DNA from: Candidatus Gastranaerophilales bacterium
Lineage (GTDB): Bacteria > Cyanobacteriota > Vampirovibrionia > Gastranaerophilales > Gastranaerophilaceae
Direction: 5' to 3'
Assembly: GCA_944325815.1 (NCBI GenBank)
Contig: CALVBV010000001.1
Span: 2,318 to 66,317, forward strand
DNA length: 64,000 nucleotides
Positions 52,635-60,924 of this stretch are shown here, in pieces. Under the pieces are notes generated by a model. The model searched no databases and was not told the DNA's origin. It worked only from the letters and a program-made list of their open reading frames with translations. Numbering within the stretch: the stretch's first letter is position 1; every line of letters begins with the position of its first letter. The translations under genes were made by a program, and so were the position numbers.

Positions 52635-52844
52635 ATGTCAAGGTTAAAATTATTAGGAATTAATATAAAAAAGTATAGGGAACAGAAGGCTTTATCTCAA
52701 AATCAGCTTGCTGAACTGGTTGGAGTTACAAGGGAATATATCGCTGATATAGAGAGAGGGCATAAGAGGGTCAGTCTGAAGAAATTATTTGCTATTGCGG
52801 ATGCTTTGGAGATAAAGTGCTCGGATTTGATTGATTTTTCCTGA
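52635..52844 (+). CDS. XRE-family helix-turn-helix transcriptional regulator
   Basis: NIKKYREQKALSQNQLAELVGVTREYIADIERGHKRVSLKKLFAIADAL is present. Confidence 0.8.
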   Translation: MSRLKLLGINIKKYREQKALSQNQLAELVGVTREYIADIERGHKRVSLKKLFAIADALEIKCSDLIDFS

Positions 52845-52888
52845 AACAGGAGTGTTTTTCCGGCAACTTATGATACAATTGGCTTAGA

Positions 52889-55267
52889 ATGATAAGAGAT
52901 TTATGTAATACAGTCTGCCATAATAAGAATCTTCTTATGCTTGTGACTGTCGGAATTTATATTCTGGCTCTATTTTCAACGCTGGCTGGCTTCTCGCTTA
53001 TTTTTGCGTTTTTGATTACATCAGCTCTGGTGTTTGCTATTTTAAAGAATTATTTTCCGCCAAAGTACGCTCTTATTTGGATTTTGATATTTTATTTCGG
53101 AATTTTCAATACTTCTCACCGAATAAGAGAGACTGATGAACTTCTTAATATTGCGCCTGTGAATTCGACTATTTACGGCAAGATTCTTACAATACCGCAA
53201 ATTAAAGGTGAAGATAAAACAAGATTTTTCTTTGATGTTGAGAAGATTGAGTATAATTCAATGGTCAGGAATTTTGATAAGGAAAAGGTTCTGGTTACGT
53301 TGAATATATCTGATAAGTTGAAAATCTATGATTCATATAAAATTACGGGCAGGCTTTCAATGCCTTTTAAGGCTGGAAATCCGGCGCAGTTTGATTATGG
53401 AAATTATTTGAGAAATTTTGATACGTATTCTGTGTTTTACGGCAAGGAGTTTAGTAAAATTGAAGGTAAAAAGAGCCTGAGTGAAAATGCGATCCAGCGG
53501 ATTAATGATTACAGAGAAAAGATTATATCTGTGCATTCAAAATATTTACCGTCGCCGAATCTGGAAATTTTGGGAGGCATTGTGTTTGGAGACGATGCGG
53601 TGTCAGCGCCTGATGATATCAAGAAATCTTTTATTAACTCGGGCTTGCTCCATATTCTTGCAGCTTCCGGCATGAATGTTGCTTTTATCTTTTCGTTTTT
53701 TTACTTTTTCTTGTCTCTTTTTAGAGTTAATTACAAAGTTAATATCTCTATGTGTATTCTTGCCGTGATAATTTATTCCCTTATGACAGGTTTGGGTGCT
53801 TCTGTTATCAGAGCGACATTTATGCTGGTGTTTGTTCTTATCGGCAAACTTATTGACAGAGACGCGCACAGTATTTCACTTCTTTCATTTGTTGCATTTC
53901 TAATGCTGGTTTATAATCCGATGTTTATTAATGATGTTGGGTTTCAGTTATCATTTATTGTGACTTTCGGACTTCTTGTTATGACACCGTATCTTGTAAG
54001 AAGTGAAAACAAATATGTAAACTGGATAATCGGAACTGTGAGCGTCCCTGTGATTGCACAGCTCTGGGTTATTCCTATTCAGATTTTCTATTTCAGCAAT
54101 ATAAGTTTGTATTCTGTATTTGCAAATATAATGAGCGTTCCGATACTTTCCATAATAAGTTTCGGCGGATTTATAAGTTCTCTTGTTTCAATCATTAGCC
54201 CTATTTCTGATTTGGTGTGCAGAATATTTGATTATTTTCTGAATCCGCTTTTGTCTGTTCTGGTGAATATTTCAGACTTTTGGGGAAAGCTGCCGCATGC
54301 TGCAATGCAGACAACTCATCCAAATGTTGTTCAGATAATTATTTACTATTTGATTCTTTTAAATATAACAGCTTTGTTTGATAAAGAAATAAGAGAAAAG
54401 TTTGTGAAATATTTGAGAATAACGCTTCCGGCCCTGGTTTTAATTCTTCTGATTTCTACAATTCCGATAAAGAATCATAATCTTGAAATTACGGCGTTTG
54501 ATGTCGGGAATGCGGATTCTTTTCTTATAAAAACTCCTGATAATAAGTATTTGCTGATAGATACCGCAAAGAGCGGATATAACGGCGGCAAGTCTCAGGC
54601 TGAGATGATTATTCTTAAGTATCTGAAGGATAGAGGAATTAGAACGGTTGATACAATTATCATAACCCATTTTGATAATGACCATTGCGGCGGGGCAGTT
54701 GATTTGATGAAAGGGTTAAATGTCGGCAAAATTTATGTGAACTCTCTTTCTCATCCGTCAATTGCAGCAAAATATATTTATAAAACAGCAAAGGAAAGAG
54801 GAGTAGATGTGATTCTTGCTCAAAACAAGCAATCTGTAAGAGATGATGATGTGAAAATTACAAACTATATTTCTCCTGCAAATACCGACGATAATGAATC
54901 TTCAATTGTAACTCTTTTGGTTTATGGTAAATTCAAAATGCTGTTCACGGGAGATTCCGGCATAAAAACTTTTAAAAATCTAAAACCAATGCTTCCTAAA
55001 GACATAACCGTTTTGAAAGTCGGCCACCATGGCGCGTTTGGAGTTGTGAATAAGGAAATGACAGATTATTTAAATCCGAAAGTCTCCCTGATTTCAGTCG
55101 GTGAAAACAAATTTGGTCACCCTTCAATTTACACTCTTGAAACATTGAAGAATACAAGGATTTTAAGAACAGATATTAATAATTCAGTTAAATTTATAGT
55201 AAACAAGGATAGCTGGAAGGTTGAGTCCTATGACAGTGAACGGCGGAAGTATCAAGCTTCGTGGTGA
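52889..55267 (+). CDS. comEC: DNA internalisation competence protein ComEC/Rec2 with a metallo-beta-lactamase domain
   Basis: It has a polytopic competence domain (GLLHILAASGMNV) and a C-terminal MBL domain (FDVGNADS, ITHFDNDHCGG, LKVGHHG). Confidence 0.85.
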   Translation: MIRDLCNTVCHNKNLLMLVTVGIYILALFSTLAGFSLIFAFLITSALVFAILKNYFPPKYALIWILIFYFGIFNTSHRIRETDELLNIAPVNSTIYGKILTIPQIKGEDKTRFFFDVEKIEYNSMVRNFDKEKVLVTLNISDKLKIYDSYKITGRLSMPFKAGNPAQFDYGNYLRNFDTYSVFYGKEFSKIEGKKSLSENAIQRINDYREKIISVHSKYLPSPNLEILGGIVFGDDAVSAPDDIKKSFINSGLLHILAASGMNVAFIFSFFYFFLSLFRVNYKVNISMCILAVIIYSLMTGLGASVIRATFMLVFVLIGKLIDRDAHSISLLSFVAFLMLVYNPMFINDVGFQLSFIVTFGLLVMTPYLVRSENKYVNWIIGTVSVPVIAQLWVIPIQIFYFSNISLYSVFANIMSVPILSIISFGGFISSLVSIISPISDLVCRIFDYFLNPLLSVLVNISDFWGKLPHAAMQTTHPNVVQIIIYYLILLNITALFDKEIREKFVKYLRITLPALVLILLISTIPIKNHNLEITAFDVGNADSFLIKTPDNKYLLIDTAKSGYNGGKSQAEMIILKYLKDRGIRTVDTIIITHFDNDHCGGAVDLMKGLNVGKIYVNSLSHPSIAAKYIYKTAKERGVDVILAQNKQSVRDDDVKITNYISPANTDDNESSIVTLLVYGKFKMLFTGDSGIKTFKNLKPMLPKDITVLKVGHHGAFGVVNKEMTDYLNPKVSLISVGENKFGHPSIYTLETLKNTRILRTDINNSVKFIVNKDSWKVESYDSERRKYQASW

Positions 55268-56697
55268 TGCTTGAAATCATATACTCCGGGGAAAGCGTCA
55301 ACACCGGTTGTTTTCTTTGTTACATAATACTGTATTTTCGGAATATAAGTAGACAAGAAAGCCGCTGCAACGGCAAATCCTGCTGCAAAATTTATTCCGC
55401 TATACATCAGGTTTTTCTTTTGAACTTTTTCCAGAAGTTTTTTATTAACCTTGCCGTCTTTTGCTGATTTACAAATCGTTTCAACATATTGTTCCATTTC
55501 TTTTTTAAGCTTATAAAGCTTGCTGTTAGAAATATATCTGAATTCTTCTTTATGAGCTCCGCCGGTAAAGTCATTAAAGACTTTATCCAGAAACTTTGGA
55601 TTATTTATTTCTGCTTTATTCAAGGCATCTATGAACTGTTGTTTTGTAACAACTGGTTCGCCGACTCTTTCCGGCTGGAGTTTAGACATTTCTCTTACAC
55701 GATTAAGAAACTCTGACTCGCCTCCAAGATTTTCAATATCAGAAACTTTTGCAGCTTCAAGCGGTTTTCTTTTGAATAATTTATCAAAGAATGACGGTTT
55801 TTCCGAGATGAAAACGGAATCATATTTTTTATTATATTTTACATCTTTATTTCCGAGTACGGCTTTTCTAAATTCTTCAACATTCATTTCCCTGTTATTA
55901 AGGAATTCTGTTAGATAATTGTGGAGAGTTTCTGCGCAGGCCGGATTCAATCTGGAAGCTTTTCCGCTTTCTATTTTATTCAGTAAATTAATAACGTGTC
56001 CCTGTGCCCACATATAGAAGTAAATAGAACCGATATCGCGTATGGCGACTTCTCTTCTTTCTTCTTTACTTCTTGCGTTATACATTCTTCCGCCTGCAAT
56101 TCCTATGTCGCTTGAGAGGAGTTTGCCAGTGTTAGTATTTTCAATAGCATTTGTAAAAGCATTAATTGCACTGATTGCATTTCCGCCTTTAAAAGAAGGA
56201 TTTTGTCCTTTAGCATCATGCGGGTGCTTTCTTTCGTTTCTCAATTTTCTCGTTAATGCCTGATTGACTTTAGGGACAACAAATCCTATAAATAGGTTTG
56301 TTATTATAATACTTGTAAGCACTTTGGCACCTTTTATGAGAGCGACTTGTTTTGCGCTAAAACCTTTTGGTGCCTCTTTTTTCATAAAGTTTTCAAAAGG
56401 TGTTCTTAAGACTTTGTCAGTTCCCACATCAAAGTTAGTTCCCGGTTTTTTAAGGATTTTTGCGACAATTTTATCCCCGAGCTTGTTCATTGCGCCAACG
56501 CCGCAGAGCCAGACAATTGAGCCCATAGATTCCTCAATAAAACGCTCTCTTGCTTCATCCGCCTTTCCGCGTTTGTAGGCGTGATATGTACGTCCTAAAA
56601 CAACAGTGCCCTCTAATGCCACAATAGGCGCCATTGCGTCTGCTTTAGTCATACTCGTTATAAAATTCGATACACTTTTACTGGATACTGGTCTCAA
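55252..56697 (-). CDS. Hypothetical membrane-associated protein
   Basis: 481 aa with a TTG start after GAAAGG. Hydrophobic segments are present (IVWLCGVGAM, VLTSIIITNLFIGFVV, FAAGFAVAAAFLSTY). I recognise no family. Confidence 0.55.
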   Translation of the reverse strand: MRPVSSKSVSNFITSMTKADAMAPIVALEGTVVLGRTYHAYKRGKADEARERFIEESMGSIVWLCGVGAMNKLGDKIVAKILKKPGTNFDVGTDKVLRTPFENFMKKEAPKGFSAKQVALIKGAKVLTSIIITNLFIGFVVPKVNQALTRKLRNERKHPHDAKGQNPSFKGGNAISAINAFTNAIENTNTGKLLSSDIGIAGGRMYNARSKEERREVAIRDIGSIYFYMWAQGHVINLLNKIESGKASRLNPACAETLHNYLTEFLNNREMNVEEFRKAVLGNKDVKYNKKYDSVFISEKPSFFDKLFKRKPLEAAKVSDIENLGGESEFLNRVREMSKLQPERVGEPVVTKQQFIDALNKAEINNPKFLDKVFNDFTGGAHKEEFRYISNSKLYKLKKEMEQYVETICKSAKDGKVNKKLLEKVQKKNLMYSGINFAAGFAVAAAFLSTYIPKIQYYVTKKTTGVDAFPGVYDFKHHHEA

Positions 56698-56889
56698 AAT
56701 TATAACCTTTCATATCTCGGCTGGTGGTTAGAAAAATCGTAAAGATTTTCTTTTGATAATTTTACACGAAATTGTTACAAAAGTAAAAAAATGTTTACAA
56801 TTCAGAATACCTACTTGTATTTGGATTTTTTTTTATTTATGATGAAATTAAAATGTACAACAATAGTCAAAATATAAAGGAATAGCAAA

Positions 56890-57243
56890 ATGAATCCTAT
56901 TATTAAAAATTTAGAAGCAGAATACACAACAAGAGAATTGCCGGATATGAATCCCGGTGACACAGTTCGTGTATTTGTTAAAATCGTAGAAGGTAATAAA
57001 GAAAGAATACAGGCTTACGAAGGAACTATCATTGCAGAACACGGTTCAGGCATTAACAAAACTATCACAGTAAGAAAAGTATTCCAGGGTGTTGGCGTAG
57101 AACGTGTATTTTTGGTACACTCTCCGCGTATTGACAAAATCACTGTTCAAAGAAAAGGTGATGTTAAACGTGCTAAATTGTACTATTTAAGAGAACGTTC
57201 CGGTAAAGCTACACGTATTAAAGAAAAAATTGAAAAAAGATAG
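56890..57243 (+). CDS. rplS: 50S ribosomal protein L19
   Basis: FNPGDTVRVFVKIVEGNKERIQAYEGTIIA and SPRIDKITV are present. Confidence 0.95.
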   Translation: MNPIIKNLEAEYTTRELPDMNPGDTVRVFVKIVEGNKERIQAYEGTIIAEHGSGINKTITVRKVFQGVGVERVFLVHSPRIDKITVQRKGDVKRAKLYYLRERSGKATRIKEKIEKR

Positions 57244-57277
57244 GTCTAAGGGATAAGGCAAAGGGGGTAAAAAGTAA

Positions 57278-58126
57278 ATGGTAAGTAAATCAAGCTTGCA
57301 CATTCACTGGTATCCCGGGCATATCGCGAAAGCCGAACGCCAGTTAAAAGAAAAACTTAATCTGGTTGATGTGATTATTGAGGTACGTGACAGCAGAATC
57401 CCTTTATCAAGCAGTTATGCAAATATAGAGAAGCTCTTGGGTAATAAACCAAGGCTTCTTTTATTGAATAAAGCTGATTTAGTCGATAAAAACGAGTTGA
57501 AAAAATGGGCAGAGTATCTTAAAAATTCTACCGGCTGCCCGGTTGTTGTAACCGACGCAAGAGGGGCAAAAGATTTAAATCTTGTAGTGAAGTATGCTGT
57601 AGAACTAAGCGAGCCAAAGATTCAGGCATTGATGGCAAAAGGACTTTTGAGACGCCCGGCAAGAGCGATGGTTGTCGGTCTGCCGAATGTCGGAAAATCC
57701 AGCGTGATTAACAAACTTACAAAATCTTCTAAAACTAAAACCGGCTCAAAAGCAGGTGTTACGCGACAGCAGCAGTGGGTCAGGATTAATCCTAAGCTGG
57801 AACTTCTGGATACACCGGGTATAATTCCTACAAGGCAGGATAATCAGGAACAGGCTGCTAAACTTGCATTTGTGAGTTCTGTATCTGAAAATGCGTATTC
57901 TCCTGAGCCGGTGGCAAAGGCCCTGTTAAATATGCTTAAAGATAAACAAGATGTTAAAGATTACTACAAAGTTGATGATTTAACGCTTGAAAATATTGCA
58001 ATTAAGAGGAATTGGATTATAAAAGGCGAATCTCCCGATACGGAGAGAACGGCAATTTATGTGCTGAAAGATTTTAGAGAAGGCCGTTTGGGGTTGTTTA
58101 TTTTAGATGAGATGCCGGTAGAATGA
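57278..58126 (+). CDS. rbgA: Ribosome biogenesis GTPase A (YlqF/RbgA, circularly permuted GTPase)
   Basis: IHWYPGHIAKAERQLKEKLNLVDVIIEVRDSRIP, NKADL, GLPNVGKSS and DTPG are present. Confidence 0.9.
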   Translation: MVSKSSLHIHWYPGHIAKAERQLKEKLNLVDVIIEVRDSRIPLSSSYANIEKLLGNKPRLLLLNKADLVDKNELKKWAEYLKNSTGCPVVVTDARGAKDLNLVVKYAVELSEPKIQALMAKGLLRRPARAMVVGLPNVGKSSVINKLTKSSKTKTGSKAGVTRQQQWVRINPKLELLDTPGIIPTRQDNQEQAAKLAFVSSVSENAYSPEPVAKALLNMLKDKQDVKDYYKVDDLTLENIAIKRNWIIKGESPDTERTAIYVLKDFREGRLGLFILDEMPVE

Positions 58127-58665
58127 AGAGATGTTTTTGGGTAGATGAAAAGTCTGAGATTTATGTAAAGTACCACGATGAAGAGTGGGGAGTGCCTAAG
58201 CACGATGATAGAGACTTGTTTGAACTTCTTGTTTTAGAATCATTTCAGGCTGGGCTTTCATGGATTACGGTGCTTAAAAAAAGAGAGGCGTTTAGAAAGG
58301 CTTTTGATAATTTTGATGTAGTGAAAGTCGCCGGCTATGACGATAAAAAAATTGAAGAACTTTTGTCAAATGAAAAGATAATAAGAAGCCGCGGAAAAAT
58401 CAATGCTTCAATTAATAATGCTAAAATATTTATTGAAATCCAAAACGAGTATGGCTCTTTTTCAAATTATATTTGGGGATTTACGGATAACAAGGTTATC
58501 AAGCTTGATTCTGATACTTTGCCGGTGAGTACGCCTTTATCTGATAAAATATCTAAAGATTTGAAAAAGCGCGGTATGAAATATGTTGGAACAGTGATAA
58601 TTTATTCTTATTTGCAGGCAATCGGGGTTGTAGATGACCATGAAAAAGGGTGTTTCAAATATTGA
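58123..58665 (+). CDS. tag: DNA-3-methyladenine glycosylase I
   Basis: YHDEEWGVP, FELLVLESFQAGLSW and ITVLKKREAFRKAF are present. Confidence 0.9.
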   Translation: MKRCFWVDEKSEIYVKYHDEEWGVPKHDDRDLFELLVLESFQAGLSWITVLKKREAFRKAFDNFDVVKVAGYDDKKIEELLSNEKIIRSRGKINASINNAKIFIEIQNEYGSFSNYIWGFTDNKVIKLDSDTLPVSTPLSDKISKDLKKRGMKYVGTVIIYSYLQAIGVVDDHEKGCFKY

Positions 58666-59476
58666 GTATTAAAATAACCGCACCTGCAATCATTATTAGA
58701 GAAGCGCAAACTTTCTTTTTGAGTTCTTTTTCGCCGAAGAGTTTTACTCCCAGAAAAACGCTGAGAAGAGTTGACAGCTGGAAGAGCGCAAGTGCATAAG
58801 AAACATTCATTTTTGAGAATACATAGTTTGTGGAATACTGCATAATGCCAACAGCTAAAATCAGATATAATTGGTATTTGTAAGAACAGATTTTGGGCTT
58901 GGATTTGACCATGAACAAAGAAGAGAAAATAAGTCCTGCAAGGCACCAGAGTGCAAATGCTTCTTCTGCGCCGGTAAGCAGTATTGTTTTTTTGATAAAA
59001 ACAGCTTCTGATGCAGAGAAGAGAAGTGCAAGTATTCTGTAGATTATTGCCTTTTTAGGAGTATTTCCTTTTGCTTTTGTTATAATAAATGTTCCGGCGA
59101 TAATCATAAAGATTGCCAGAACTGCGCATACAGAAGGAGTTTCCTTAAGAAAAACTATTCCGATTAGCAGTGCAACAACCGGTTTAAAGGAATTTACCGG
59201 TGCAAGTGCCGAGAGTTCTCCTATAGAGAGTGCTTTAATTATAAAATAATTTCCCAGTGCACCGAGTGCGCCCATTGTTAATACGTTTAAAAGGAGTTCC
59301 GGAGTAATAGCCTCTATTTTGCTAACAAAAAATACTGACAAAGCTGACAGTCCCAGGTACGTAAAGAAGTTAACCGCAGAAGATTTTTGGCCCTTAGCAG
59401 TTAATGTTTTTTGAAAAACATTAAGATAAGAGTTTGATATTATGCGTATTAAGATTCCTAGGCAGATTTTTATCAT
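58655..59476 (-). CDS. EamA/DMT-family transporter
   Basis: 273 aa with about 9-10 TM helices and the two-repeat EamA pattern. Confidence 0.7.
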   Translation of the reverse strand: MIKICLGILIRIISNSYLNVFQKTLTAKGQKSSAVNFFTYLGLSALSVFFVSKIEAITPELLLNVLTMGALGALGNYFIIKALSIGELSALAPVNSFKPVVALLIGIVFLKETPSVCAVLAIFMIIAGTFIITKAKGNTPKKAIIYRILALLFSASEAVFIKKTILLTGAEEAFALWCLAGLIFSSLFMVKSKPKICSYKYQLYLILAVGIMQYSTNYVFSKMNVSYALALFQLSTLLSVFLGVKLFGEKELKKKVCASLIMIAGAVILILNI

Positions 59477-59528
59477 TCTTTAATTATACCAAAATTTATC
59501 AGCGCAGGCAGTTTTTGAATTCCGACGT

Positions 59529-59560
59529 AAAAAAAACCACCCGTTGTGTGTATCGAGTGG
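59529..59560 (-). terminator. Orphan intrinsic terminator upstream of the EamA gene
   Basis: On the minus strand, CCACTCG, a 10-nt loop and CGGGTGG are followed by T8. No ORF ends here. Confidence 0.6.
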
Positions 59561-59810
59561 ATTTTGTTTTCTGCATCCTAATGGTCTTTTTAGTGTTTAT
59601 TATCTAGGAGTTTATATGATTTTTGGGGTTTATTATTTAGCTATTTAGTGTTTCGGCTACACTTAAAGTGTGTATTTATATTATTGCACATAAGAATTTT
59701 AAGTCAAGAGGGGGATAAACATATTTTTAAAATATTTGTAAAAAATGGCTGAATCTCAGTAGACAAGGGAAAAACTCTGCTTAATAAAACTTAATAATCA
59801 GGGTAAAATA

Positions 59811-59843
59811 AAAGGGTATTAATAATTGTAATTAATACCCTTT
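59811..59843 (-). terminator. Intrinsic terminator after lpxA
   Basis: A perfect 13-bp stem AAAGGGTATTAAT/ATTAATACCCTTT with a 7-nt loop is followed on the minus strand by TATTTTA. Confidence 0.55.
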
Positions 59844-59850
59844 ATAAAAT

Positions 59851-60681
59851 TTATTCTAAAGACTGATATCCTGACTTGTGGGTTTTTAGAAGAACTCCCC
59901 GTTTTGATGTCTGGATAAAATCTATCATTTTTTCTATGTATTCATTCATCGGAATTTCAGCTTTGATTTTTTCTATAGCCTGAGATGTGTTATATTCTTC
60001 AGAAATCAAAAGTTTAAAAGCTTCATTTGTTGCAGTTCTGATTTCTTGAGATACTCCTCTGCGTTTCATAGCAATAACATTCAAGCCGCGGGGAACCGGT
60101 GGTCTGCCTTCCCCTTTTGAATAAGGAAGTATATCTTGACGAGAAGCTGAAAAACCGCTTATTATCGCCATATCACCGATTCTTATATTTTGATGGAATA
60201 CGCTCATTCCGCCGACAAAGGCGCCGAATCCGACATGGACATGACCGCCCAAAGTTACCAGATTTGCCAGTATTACCTGGTCTTCAAGTACACAGTTGTG
60301 TGCAATGTGAGCGCCTACCATGATTAAACATTTATTTCCGATTCTTGTTGTAAAATCGCCGCATGCTGCACCTCTGTGAATAGTTACATTTTCTTTGATA
60401 ATAGTTTCATCACCGATAACAACTTTTGTAGGTTCACCCTTGTAACCCAAATCCTGCGGTTCAGAACCTATTGTTGAAAATGGAGAAATTGTACACCTTT
60501 CACCAATTTCTGCATACTCTATGTATGCATTTGCAATAACTCTTGTACCTTTACCTATTTTTACCCCTTCGCCGATTACAACATTAGGACCTATAATTAC
60601 ATCCTCTGCTATCTCTGCAGATGGGTGAATTACTGCGGACGGATGGATTGAACCTGTTTTTTCCAGAATTGTATTTGTCAT
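59851..60681 (-). CDS. lpxA: Acyl-ACP--UDP-N-acetylglucosamine O-acyltransferase
   Basis: IHPSAVIHPSAEI, hexapeptide repeats, GSEPQDLGYKGE, VTIHRG, AHIAHNC and LNVIAMKRRG are present. Confidence 0.85.
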   Translation of the reverse strand: MTNTILEKTGSIHPSAVIHPSAEIAEDVIIGPNVVIGEGVKIGKGTRVIANAYIEYAEIGERCTISPFSTIGSEPQDLGYKGEPTKVVIGDETIIKENVTIHRGAACGDFTTRIGNKCLIMVGAHIAHNCVLEDQVILANLVTLGGHVHVGFGAFVGGMSVFHQNIRIGDMAIISGFSASRQDILPYSKGEGRPPVPRGLNVIAMKRRGVSQEIRTATNEAFKLLISEEYNTSQAIEKIKAEIPMNEYIEKMIDFIQTSKRGVLLKTHKSGYQSLE

Positions 60682-60895
60682 TCTCTTTCTCCATTTTTTT
60701 CTTGACTACAAATTCAAGTATAGTACAAAAAACCGGTCTTTCGGGAAATTTTTATATTATTTTAATAGATATATTAAGATTTGTAACAAAATAATAAAAA
60801 AGTGAAATCAAGGAGTTTTTATATACTTTATATATATGTAAGATGTAACGATAATAAAGTTTAATCCCTAATCCCTTCCTAACTAATTTTCCTAG

Positions 60896-60924
60896 CTTCT
60901 CGCCTCTTGTGAGAAGTTTTTTTT
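60896..60924. terminator. Hairpin plus T8 overlapping the stop of the radical SAM gene, with ambiguous orientation
   Basis: CTTCTC-N9-GAGAAG is followed by T8 on the plus strand. On the minus strand the hairpin follows the TAA stop but lacks a U tract. Confidence 0.4.

Noticed and set aside
56700-56730. Second sigma28-type promoter (GCCGAGAT) upstream of the 481-aa orphan gene
   Set aside because: Only the -10-like half is present. There is no TAAA element at the required 15-16 nt spacing, and the site would leave almost no room before the RBS.
60682-60924. Independent plus-strand sRNA ending at the T8 terminator at 60896-60924
   Set aside because: I found no convincing plus-strand promoter with correct spacing. 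The hairpin most simply serves as the stop-proximal terminator of the convergently oriented radical SAM gene.
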